A stretch of DNA of 64,000 nt from NCBI GenBank assembly GCA_903932685.1, contig CAIZGX010000058.1, positions 634 through 64,633 of the forward strand, written 5' to 3'. Positions 50,194 to 58,806 of this stretch are shown in pieces. Both the position numbers and the translations under genes were made by a program. Numbering within the stretch: the first letter of the stretch is position 1; every line of letters begins with the position of its first letter. The notes beneath the pieces are model-generated. The model saw nothing but the letters and a program-made list of their open reading frames with translations. It had not been told where the DNA came from and searched no databases. The DNA comes from an uncultured Bacteroidota bacterium (GTDB lineage: Bacteria; Bacteroidota; Bacteroidia; Flavobacteriales_D; Sanyastnellaceae).

Positions 50194-50263
50194 CTGATTT
50201 TTCTCTTGTTGCGAAGTTAATCGGAAAGTGCCGCACTTGGAATGATTGATGTATTTTTACAAC

Positions 50264-51313
50264 ATGAATAAGGTTACGCATTTAATTACCGGCGGTTGTG
50301 GTTTTGTGGGAAGAAACATGGTGAAGAGACTCTTCAACACCACCGAGGCGCAGTTGATTTTCATCGATGATTTATCGGTTGGAACACACCCCGACACTTG
50401 GCTCAATGCCACGAAAACGAACTACGGCGAAGGCTTCACAGTTTACAACGGAAGATTGCTATTCATTCATGCCGATGCGTTGAAGGTGATGCGCGCGTTT
50501 TCAGAAGACGAGAAATACTTTGGAAAGAATTTTCAGTTTGAAATAGATCGCATCAACGATGTCTTCCATTTCGCAGCTATTGTAGGTGGAAGAACGAAGA
50601 TAGACGGAGATCCGATGGCCGTTGCATTAGACCTTGCTATTGATGCGGAAATGTTTTACTGGGCCTGCAGATACAAGCCGGAAAGGCTCATGTATCCAAG
50701 CTCTTCAGCCGCTTATCCAATCGATCTTCAGACAATAGACGGAGCTATAGCATTGAAAGAGTCTGACATTGATTTCAAGCGAATGGGCGAACCCGATATG
50801 ACTTACGGATGGAGCAAACTAACAGGTGAGTTCCTTGCGAAAATTGCAGCCTCACATTACGGTTTGAAGGTGACGTGCATTCGTCCGTTTAGCGGATACG
50901 GTGAAGATCAAGATTTGACTTATCCCGTTCCCGCTATTGCAGCCCGCGCAGCGAAGAAAGAAGATCCATTTGAAGTTTGGGGAAGTGGTAATCAAGGCAG
51001 AGACTTCGTTCACATCGACGATGTAATCGACTGCATCTTGTTGGCCATGGATCACATTCACGACGGAACAGCCATTAATATTGGAATGGGAAAACTCACT
51101 TCCTTCAATGAAATTATTCGCGTGTTCTGTGGATATGCAGGATACGAGCCTACCATCAAGCCTTTGTTGGACAAGCCGGTGGGCGTGCATTCGCGCTATT
51201 GCGACATGACCTACGTTCAAGAGAAGTTGGGATGGACAGCAAAGATTTCCATTGAAGAAGGAATGAAGCGCGTGTACGATGCGGCCGTGAAAAAATTAGC
51301 AGCGCAGCAGTAG
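50264..51313 (+). CDS. NAD-dependent nucleotide-sugar epimerase/dehydratase
   Basis: ITGGCGFVG, SSSAAY, YGWSK, RDFVHIDD. Confidence 0.92.
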   Translation: MNKVTHLITGGCGFVGRNMVKRLFNTTEAQLIFIDDLSVGTHPDTWLNATKTNYGEGFTVYNGRLLFIHADALKVMRAFSEDEKYFGKNFQFEIDRINDVFHFAAIVGGRTKIDGDPMAVALDLAIDAEMFYWACRYKPERLMYPSSSAAYPIDLQTIDGAIALKESDIDFKRMGEPDMTYGWSKLTGEFLAKIAASHYGLKVTCIRPFSGYGEDQDLTYPVPAIAARAAKKEDPFEVWGSGNQGRDFVHIDDVIDCILLAMDHIHDGTAINIGMGKLTSFNEIIRVFCGYAGYEPTIKPLLDKPVGVHSRYCDMTYVQEKLGWTAKISIEEGMKRVYDAAVKKLAAQQ

Positions 51314-52588
51314 ATGAAGAATAGAACAATTGTTTGCTTCGGTCCAGGTCCGCGCTTCAAAGGCGGAATGCAGAACTACAACACTTCGTTGGCGTTGGCA
51401 TTGGACAAGGAAGAGCGAAACAATGTTCACATTGTTAGTTGGACGCAGCAGTATCCGGCTATCATTCCCAGAGAATTCGTAGACAAAAGCAGCACAACAG
51501 ATTTGTTGGAAGGAAGTCGCGTGAAAGTGACTTACTTGACGAATTACAACAATCCGTTTAGTTGGATTGAAACAGCCAATTACATTATTTCACTGAAACC
51601 AGAAATGGTCACCATTCAGTGGAGCATAGCCCTACAAGGATTACCCATGGCTTTCATTGCAAAGCGCTTGCGCAAGGCGGGGATTCATGTGGTGTTCGAT
51701 ATTCACTTTGTAATTCAAAAGGAGCACAGCTCATTAGATAAGTTTTTGACGAAGTATGCCTTAAAACACGCCTCATCTTTTGTGGTTCACGCTTTGCATA
51801 CGTTTGAAGAATTGAAAACAGTTTTCCCCGAACGTTCGTTCGGTTTGGTAGATCAGTTGGATATTCATGAAAAGGCATTCACATCGGTTGTGAAGTTATA
51901 TCATCCGATTTACGACTTGTACAAGCCCATTCCGAATTTCAATGTTGAAGAAGAAAAAGCGAAGTTGGGCTTGAAGAAACACGTCTTTTTGTATTTCGGA
52001 TTCATTCGGAAGTACAAAGGGCTAGACTTGGCCATTCAAGCATTTGCTGAATTGTGTAAGGAAAGGGACGATGTTTCGTTTTTGATTTGCGGAGAGTCTT
52101 TTTGGAAGACACTCGATGATTCGAAGTGGAGCACGAAGGTGAAACAAATGCTATTCGGTTGGGCGAAGAAGATTGTGCTGCGCAAATCAGACGACGAGCG
52201 TGAAGACAATCCGTTGGAATGGATAGAAAAAATGAGTATTCAAGAAAACTGCGTGGTGTTCAATCGATTCATTTCGAACGAAGAATTGCCCAAGTTTTTT
52301 CAAGTGTCCGATGCGGCAGTGTTGTTCTACAGAACGGCAACACCCAGCGGAATTGAGTCGTTGAGTTATAATTTCAAGATGCCTATTTTGGCGACTAAAG
52401 TTGGACATTTTCCGGAAACAATAGTAGACGGATTCAACGGCTATTTAGCCGAAGCAGAAGATATTCAAAGCATGAAAAATCAGATGCTTCGCATTTTAGA
52501 ATCTCCTGTAGACAGAGAGAATGTTGCGAAGGCAACAGAGAACATGAGTTGGACCAATTACGCAAAAGCCATTTGCAATTATGAGTAA
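51314..52588 (+). CDS. Glycosyltransferase family 4
   Basis: FGFIRKYKGLD, ATPSGI, PILATKVG, ETIVDGFNGYL. Confidence 0.9.
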   Translation: MKNRTIVCFGPGPRFKGGMQNYNTSLALALDKEERNNVHIVSWTQQYPAIIPREFVDKSSTTDLLEGSRVKVTYLTNYNNPFSWIETANYIISLKPEMVTIQWSIALQGLPMAFIAKRLRKAGIHVVFDIHFVIQKEHSSLDKFLTKYALKHASSFVVHALHTFEELKTVFPERSFGLVDQLDIHEKAFTSVVKLYHPIYDLYKPIPNFNVEEEKAKLGLKKHVFLYFGFIRKYKGLDLAIQAFAELCKERDDVSFLICGESFWKTLDDSKWSTKVKQMLFGWAKKIVLRKSDDEREDNPLEWIEKMSIQENCVVFNRFISNEELPKFFQVSDAAVLFYRTATPSGIESLSYNFKMPILATKVGHFPETIVDGFNGYLAEAEDIQSMKNQMLRILESPVDRENVAKATENMSWTNYAKAICNYE

Positions 52589-53213
52589 CATTGTACACCA
52601 CAGAAAGAGCTATGAAAAACATAGCTTAGAGGTAGAAGATTTGAAAGCCACTCCGCATGAAATGTTGGAGTTTTGGTTAAGTGAAGTAGAGGAGTTGCAT
52701 GATTTTAATGCCATGGTCGTTAGTAGCGTTGATGCTTCCGGACAGCCGCATTCGCGTGTGGTTTTGCTTCGCGGGGTTAATGAAGATGGATTGAAGTTCT
52801 ACACGAATTACTCCTCTAACAAAGGACAAGAGCTTGAGCTAAACAACAAAGTCGCTTTAAATTTTTTCTGGCCAACTGTTGAACGTCAAGTTCGGGTGGA
52901 AGGTGAATTACACAAATTGAGTGACGCCGAGAGCGACGCTTATTTCAATAGTCGTCCGCGTGAAAGTCAAATAGGAGCGTGGGTTTCACCGCAGAGTGCT
53001 ACTATAGATTCGCGAGAAGTGTTGAACGAGCGCTTCAGAGAGTTTACAAATAAATTTGAAGGTCATCCGGTGCCTCGTCCTGCCCATTGGGGCGGATACA
53101 TCATTCGTCCGAAGTATTTCGAGTTTTGGCAGGGAAGACCGAATCGTTTGCACGATCGATTGACCTATTCTTTGGTTGAAGGAAATTGGTCAATTGGAAG
53201 AATGGCACCGTGA
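52581..53213 (+). CDS. pdxH: Pyridoxamine 5'-phosphate oxidase
   Basis: FYTNYSSNKG, RQVRVEG, SRPRESQIGAW, EFWQGRPNRLHDR. Confidence 0.97.
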   Translation: MSNIVHHRKSYEKHSLEVEDLKATPHEMLEFWLSEVEELHDFNAMVVSSVDASGQPHSRVVLLRGVNEDGLKFYTNYSSNKGQELELNNKVALNFFWPTVERQVRVEGELHKLSDAESDAYFNSRPRESQIGAWVSPQSATIDSREVLNERFREFTNKFEGHPVPRPAHWGGYIIRPKYFEFWQGRPNRLHDRLTYSLVEGNWSIGRMAP

Positions 53214-53279
53214 TTCCCTAGAAAAATAGTTGGATTAAATTTTTTATTATCTTTAATAAAAATTTATTTTCCTTAATAT

Positions 53280-54800
53280 ATGTATAAAGCAATTCGTGCC
53301 CTACTCGTTTTTTCTGTTGTAATATCCTGTTTGTGCGCATCCTCCCAAGTAGAAGTCGTTAAGCAAAAACGATTCGAACATAACGGTGCTGTCGCAACAA
53401 GCGTTACTCCAAGCAATAAGGTAATAACCTATTCCATTATTTCGGAAAAAGGAGAAGACGATCAGTTGGAAATTGTCGCCTATGATGAAAAATTAGAGGA
53501 AGAAGGAAGGTTTCAAGCGAAATGTTCAGAGCGAAATATTTTCAAGACGCACGCTCTTTCGGGAACAGGAGAGTATTATTTCTCTCTAATGATTGATAAG
53601 GGAAGAGAAATTCATTCCGTTGTTTTTAATACAAGCACTTTGGAAGGAACAGAACTTCGTGTACCGTTGGAGAGGAAATTCGAACCGAATGGAAATTTGG
53701 ATTTCTTCGGCGGATCTTCGACCACTTGTTTCAAGAATAAATTTTTCATTTTAGGTACTGTTAAAAATGTGCCCTGTATACTTGTGTACAACATGCAAAC
53801 AGGAACACAGCACATTACCTTCATTCCAGGTATGGACAAGAATAACCGCGTTTCCTTTTTAAGCACGGTGGAAGCAGCTCCTTCAATTCAAGTTATGTTT
53901 TTTCATTCCAAACCGAAGAAGATTGATGCGCAATACATTGTTTCAATCAATGAATTCGGAGAGATAGAAGGAAAGCCAGTTTCGATTATGGCGCAGAAAG
54001 AAAAATTGCTTATCGATGGGAATGTGACTTGGGTAGATGAGCACACTTCTCTTATTTGCGGAGCAACAGGTGAGAAATCGAGCATCGCAAAGGGTATGTA
54101 TATTTTGGAAATAAAAGATGGAGAAGTCGTTCGAAGAAACGATTACAATTTCAATGATTTCAAAGATTTTTATTCACTCTTGAGTGTAAAGACACAGAAT
54201 AAAATTGAAAAAAAGAAAAGCAAAAAGAAGAATTTCGAATCGCAGTGCTACATGGTTACTCACCCGGTCGCGTTCAGCGATAAAACATGGACGGTTGTAG
54301 GAGAGGTGTTTTATCCGACTTACCGCGCCGAGACCCAGACCTCTTATGTGAATGGGAAGACCGTTACGCGAACCGTAATGGTATTCGATGGATTCCAATA
54401 TACGCACGCGGTTGTCTTGCAGGTAAATGAAGAGTTAGAAAAGATCAATGACTTTACATTTGAATTAGAAATTTCGGAGAATCCTATGTTTCCGAAGAAA
54501 TACATTCGCACTGCTCAAATGGGATCTCAGTTGAATTTCTATTACGCGGATGTCTTTAATTTTGGACATGTTTCTCTTGAAGAAGGGGAATTGGAAGTTT
54601 CTCCATTGGTTGATATTGTTGATTCTGACAAGGATTTAAAGGATTCAGAGAAAGTGACCAACCTCATTAACTCGAATGTAAAATATTGGTACAAAGATTT
54701 TTATCTAATTACCGAAACATTTCGGGCAAAGGATAGTGATGAGTCACTTGGTAATAAGCGTAAAATGTTCGTTCAATTCAAAAAAATAAAAATTGAATAA
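53280..54800 (+). CDS. Hypothetical exported protein
   Basis: 506-aa ORF with signal peptide; EVFYPTY and FDGFQYTHA motifs resemble Bacteroidota conserved hypotheticals. Confidence 0.8.
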   Translation: MYKAIRALLVFSVVISCLCASSQVEVVKQKRFEHNGAVATSVTPSNKVITYSIISEKGEDDQLEIVAYDEKLEEEGRFQAKCSERNIFKTHALSGTGEYYFSLMIDKGREIHSVVFNTSTLEGTELRVPLERKFEPNGNLDFFGGSSTTCFKNKFFILGTVKNVPCILVYNMQTGTQHITFIPGMDKNNRVSFLSTVEAAPSIQVMFFHSKPKKIDAQYIVSINEFGEIEGKPVSIMAQKEKLLIDGNVTWVDEHTSLICGATGEKSSIAKGMYILEIKDGEVVRRNDYNFNDFKDFYSLLSVKTQNKIEKKKSKKKNFESQCYMVTHPVAFSDKTWTVVGEVFYPTYRAETQTSYVNGKTVTRTVMVFDGFQYTHAVVLQVNEELEKINDFTFELEISENPMFPKKYIRTAQMGSQLNFYYADVFNFGHVSLEEGELEVSPLVDIVDSDKDLKDSEKVTNLINSNVKYWYKDFYLITETFRAKDSDESLGNKRKMFVQFKKIKIE

Positions 54801-54802
54801 GT

Positions 54803-55636
54803 TTGAAAATTCGATTAACACTATGGGTTTGTCTATTATCAATGTCTGCGGATGCCCAGTATTTCGTTGATATTTTTTCGTTCAATAGACAGGCTTACAA
54901 CATCCCTTCAGGCGCCCAAACGAGTGACCTTTTTGTCAATGCGTTTATTCCAAAGGTTCTGAAAAACGGCAACACCGTTTTTGTTCGTGCACATTATGAA
55001 AAGCTTTCGATGCAAAGAGATTCATTGTCTGCCGATTATTCTTCGATCACACTTCCTATTGGCATGCAAGTTCAATTGAAGAATCCGAAATGGAAATTCA
55101 CAGGCTTGATTATTCCGAAAATAGCCGGTGCGGATTTGAGCGCGGCGTTTTCAGATGTTTTTCAAATTGGAGCGTATTCATTATTCACGGTAACAGAGTC
55201 TGAAAAATTTCGATACAAATTCGGATTGTATTACAATCGAGAATTCTTCGGGAATTTCTTTGTGCCGCTCGTTGGAGTTGATTGGAAGGTGTCTGATCGT
55301 TTTTCCGTATTCGGCACACTGCCTCAGAGCTTTAAGGCTTCCTATGCGATATTTCCTTCTCGCGTGAATGCAGGATTGGCCTTTCGCTCCATGACAAGAT
55401 CATTTCGTGGTGAAGACAACAACACTTTTGTTCGTTACAATGAATTGCAATTCAAAGCGTTTTTCGATTTTTATGTAACTCCAAAGAATGTAGTCTTTGT
55501 CGAAGGCGGATATTTCCTCGGGAAAACACCGCTACTTTATAACAATACCGACACCAAGAATCCTGTTAATTCTAATTTATTGAAGGAAGGGATAGCATTC
55601 CCTTTGATTAATGCTGGATGGGCGTTAAGATTCTAA
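54803..55636 (+). CDS. Outer-membrane beta-barrel protein (DUF6268-like)
   Basis: Signal peptide, alternating beta pattern, YKFGLYYNREFFG..FVPLVGVDW, C-terminal Phe. Confidence 0.75.
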   Translation: MKIRLTLWVCLLSMSADAQYFVDIFSFNRQAYNIPSGAQTSDLFVNAFIPKVLKNGNTVFVRAHYEKLSMQRDSLSADYSSITLPIGMQVQLKNPKWKFTGLIIPKIAGADLSAAFSDVFQIGAYSLFTVTESEKFRYKFGLYYNREFFGNFFVPLVGVDWKVSDRFSVFGTLPQSFKASYAIFPSRVNAGLAFRSMTRSFRGEDNNTFVRYNELQFKAFFDFYVTPKNVVFVEGGYFLGKTPLLYNNTDTKNPVNSNLLKEGIAFPLINAGWALRF

Positions 55637-57921
55637 AAAAGTTCGGTTAAAATTCGAAGGGTTTCTTTCGACGCGTCTTTCGGATGCAACGCTGTGTCTG
55701 AAATACCCGAGATTACCCGTGTAACATCGTGGTCTATTTTTCCTTCAACAAACCAATCGGAACCTTTCGCAACTGTAATGTAAACCGAATAGTTGTGGTG
55801 CATGGTTCCAGGGCGTTCACCAATGATATGTAAGACACATTTTTTATTTGTTGAAATGGAATCGCCAAAGAGCTGTTCGCCGCAGCGGTAGCCCGCACGA
55901 ACTCTTCCATGTTGAATGAATAAATTGTTTTTGCTCAACGTGTATTTGTCCTTCAATAATACATTCAGTTCTTTAACATAAGGTTCCAAATGTCCTTGGT
56001 CAAGAATAGAAGAAACATTCAATCCGTCAGAAACTACAACCTGAATATCGGGAGTTTTATTCTTCCATTTCGATTTTAAAATTTCCAAAGCGTAGATGCT
56101 ATCGCGTGAAAGTTGTTCGCCCGATTGCGGATGGTAGATGTAATCTTTTCGGTTTGAAGAAAGAGTGGCCAGCGCTATTCCTTCAGTAAGTGATTTCTTA
56201 AAATTCGGAGGTGTTTCTTCCCAAAGACATTTCTTAGCATCTGCATAAAGTAGGCGAATTTCTTGCTCAAGGTCAGGATTCATTTCCCAATAATCCTTTC
56301 CGAATCCTTTCGCAATTGGAACACCTCGTTCTCGAACTCGTTCAATGCATGCAAGACCTTCCGAATAAATTTCGTCCATTGGCTGCGTATCACCTTTCAA
56401 TTTTCGATATTGGTAATACATCCAAACAGGATCTCCAAAGTGATTTGAAGGTTTGTTGTTTTCATCAATAATTTCCATCTGCTTGAAAAACGCCCACATG
56501 GCATCATTGATCTTGTATCCAAACTTTTCGCGAATGCGCAGGTGATCGCTAAACGATGTGGTTAAGTAACTCAACATAGGATCGTTCTTCGTTGGAAGAG
56601 CCATGAGATAACCCGGATTGGCTGGCATGATTTGATCAATGCACCAGTCTAAATCATCGAGTGAAACATCCATGTGCAGCGTGGTGCAAATGTCCAAGCC
56701 AATCATGAGTCCGTGTAATTTCCCCATCACTAAATCTTCCAAGCAACAACGAACCAATTGTTCTTTCGTTCTGAAAACTTCCGGACCAATGAATCCAGCA
56801 ACATCATTCAAATGCACCCAAGACTCTTCGTTGAGTTGTTGTTTTAATCCGCGCCACAGGCCGTATTTACGCGACTCGTGAATAAGCATGTCGAAGCCTT
56901 CTCCGTGCCCGTTCGTTTCATCAGCACCTTGTCCGGTTTCAGCATAGAGTCCGAATTTACCTTTGCGCTGTGAGGCGTATTTCTTAAGTTTTTCAATGGT
57001 TACATCGAAGGTCTGATTTGCTTTCACAGTGCCGGCAATACTCTGAAACCACATGCCGGTTTGACCGTTGTAAGTCTTTTCTACTTCAGCTTGAATATCG
57101 ATGTGCGCCAACACAGAATGTGAAAGCGTATTTTCTAGTTTGAAGGTGGTAAGCAAATCGTATAAAGCCATTTCAATTTTCGCAACCGATTCCGGATTGC
57201 TTGAAACAGGATTGTTACCTAGAACCAAATCACCAACACTGTAGCTCCACGCGTCGAACACCTGCCAAACAATGTCTTCAATGTTATCGGTGGGAGAGTT
57301 GGGTTGAACGCGAGCGCTCATGTATCCCTTCGAACCCATTTGAGTTCCGGGAAGCGGATGGAAAATTTTGCTGCTAATTGCGATGAGCTCTTGGTTCGAC
57401 ATGAGCTTCACAACACAAGCAATGATGTCGCTTGTTAAGTAGGGAAGTAGGTCATGAATCTCAGTTTCAGAGGACTTCAAGAGAAGTTCTTTAAAATCGT
57501 TCATGCGAAGTTTACCAATGGCTTTTCCAGATTCTGTTTCTTGAAAAGCGCGTGTAGATTGTTCAATGAATTCCGATTGTTCATCGGTGAAAACAGAATG
57601 TTTGCGAATGTTGTCAAGGCTGGTTTCAGCAAGAAGCATGCGTGCCTTCAACCGATCTTCATCGCTTGCGGCAGCTATTCCAGCAATTTCATCGCCTTCT
57701 TTGAATTCATTGGCAGCGCCAAGTAATTGTCGATACAGGGTAACGTCGAAACTTCCTTTTTGACGTTGAATGTATTGAAACAAATCTTCACCAACGAGGG
57801 GAGAAGGGACTTCAATTTTTTCGAAATGAAAATGATCAGACTCCCCGATAACTTTCCCTGAAACAAGTGTGTACGAGACTGTCGCCATTCCTAGTTTGCT
57901 TAAAAAATCGCGACGCTCCAT
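55633..57921 (-). CDS. eutB: Fused ethanolamine ammonia-lyase EutB-EutC with twin-arginine N-terminus
   Basis: EutB motifs (ANEFKEGD, RVQPNSPTD, NPVS, AETGQG, NDVAGFIGPE, LEDLVMGKL, DPMLSY) then EutC motifs (DIQVVVSDGLN, GRVRAG, IIGERPG); N-terminus MERRDFL. Confidence 0.9.
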   Translation of the reverse strand: MERRDFLSKLGMATVSYTLVSGKVIGESDHFHFEKIEVPSPLVGEDLFQYIQRQKGSFDVTLYRQLLGAANEFKEGDEIAGIAAASDEDRLKARMLLAETSLDNIRKHSVFTDEQSEFIEQSTRAFQETESGKAIGKLRMNDFKELLLKSSETEIHDLLPYLTSDIIACVVKLMSNQELIAISSKIFHPLPGTQMGSKGYMSARVQPNSPTDNIEDIVWQVFDAWSYSVGDLVLGNNPVSSNPESVAKIEMALYDLLTTFKLENTLSHSVLAHIDIQAEVEKTYNGQTGMWFQSIAGTVKANQTFDVTIEKLKKYASQRKGKFGLYAETGQGADETNGHGEGFDMLIHESRKYGLWRGLKQQLNEESWVHLNDVAGFIGPEVFRTKEQLVRCCLEDLVMGKLHGLMIGLDICTTLHMDVSLDDLDWCIDQIMPANPGYLMALPTKNDPMLSYLTTSFSDHLRIREKFGYKINDAMWAFFKQMEIIDENNKPSNHFGDPVWMYYQYRKLKGDTQPMDEIYSEGLACIERVRERGVPIAKGFGKDYWEMNPDLEQEIRLLYADAKKCLWEETPPNFKKSLTEGIALATLSSNRKDYIYHPQSGEQLSRDSIYALEILKSKWKNKTPDIQVVVSDGLNVSSILDQGHLEPYVKELNVLLKDKYTLSKNNLFIQHGRVRAGYRCGEQLFGDSISTNKKCVLHIIGERPGTMHHNYSVYITVAKGSDWFVEGKIDHDVTRVISGISDTALHPKDASKETLRILTELF

Positions 57922-58049
57922 ACTTGCTTTGTTTCTCTAAATTTAAAAATTAATTTCTTCCCTCTCTTACCTCAGGTCGAAAGATATTTCGACCCTATAT
58001 CTTCCCCTCTCTTCCCTTTTATCAATGCAAATCTAACGAACTCTCGCCC

Positions 58050-58191
58050 TCATCACAACGTGTGGTGTCATCCGCTCCGCGGTCATCGGCTTCGCCGTCA
58101 TCAATCTCCGATTGTCATCACCTTCGGTGTCATCGGCTTTGCCGTCATCCACGAAGTGGTCATCAATCTCCGATTGTCATCCGCTCCGCGG
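58050..58191. repeat. TCAT-linked mini-hairpin array, 9 units
   Basis: tcat CACaacgtgtgGTG tcat CCGCtccGCGG tcat CGGCttcGCCG tcat CAATCtccGATTG tcat CACCttcGGTG tcat CGGCtttGCCG tcat CCACgaaGTGG tcat CAATCtccGATTG tcat CCGCtccGCGG. Confidence 0.94.
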
Positions 58192-58210
58192 TATTGTGTA
58201 TTTTTGATCC

Positions 58211-58798
58211 ATGGAATTCAAAAAAGGAGATCACGTTCGTTTTTTAAACGATACCGGAGAGGGAGTAATCGTCGGTTTCCCTCAAGCCGATACCGCTACG
58301 GTAGAGGATAGCAGTGGCTTTCCATTCGATCACCCACTTCGAGAATTAGTAAAAATTGAAAATTCAAAACACGAGTTTTCACAATACAATCAAGTGCAGC
58401 CGAATACGCGCGAGATGCTCGATCGGAATTTGGACGCGCATGCAGTGAAAGCGGCATCGAAAGACTTCAAGAACAGATACAAAGAGCGCGCGGCGAATGA
58501 CTTTCCACACAACGCCGATTTGTTCGAGGTTGATTTGCACATTCATGAATTGCTCGACAATTATGAGCGCATGACGAACGGAGAAATCGTAACCATTCAA
58601 ATGGAACACTTCGAGCGTATGCTGGCCATTGCAGAAAAGAAAAAAGTTAAGAAGGTTATTTTCATTCATGGAGTGGGGCAGGGAGTCTTGCGCGCAGAGA
58701 TTCGTTCATTCATCAAAAGCTATTATCCACAATGTGAATTCCTCGATGGGAATTACCAGAAATACGGACACGGCGCAACAGAAGTTAGATTCAGATAA
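58211..58798 (+). CDS. Stand-alone Smr domain protein with N-terminal KOW/SH3-like segment
   Basis: FKKGDHVRFLN...GVI N-terminus; EVDLHI...IFIHGVGQGVLR...YGHGATEV Smr motif. Confidence 0.9.
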   Translation: MEFKKGDHVRFLNDTGEGVIVGFPQADTATVEDSSGFPFDHPLRELVKIENSKHEFSQYNQVQPNTREMLDRNLDAHAVKAASKDFKNRYKERAANDFPHNADLFEVDLHIHELLDNYERMTNGEIVTIQMEHFERMLAIAEKKKVKKVIFIHGVGQGVLRAEIRSFIKSYYPQCEFLDGNYQKYGHGATEVRFR

Positions 58799-58806
58799 CA
58801 TTCAAC

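Noticed and set aside
57922..58049. Cobalamin riboswitch upstream of eutBC
   Set aside because: The leader is short and I could not identify the B12-box or the multi-stem core.
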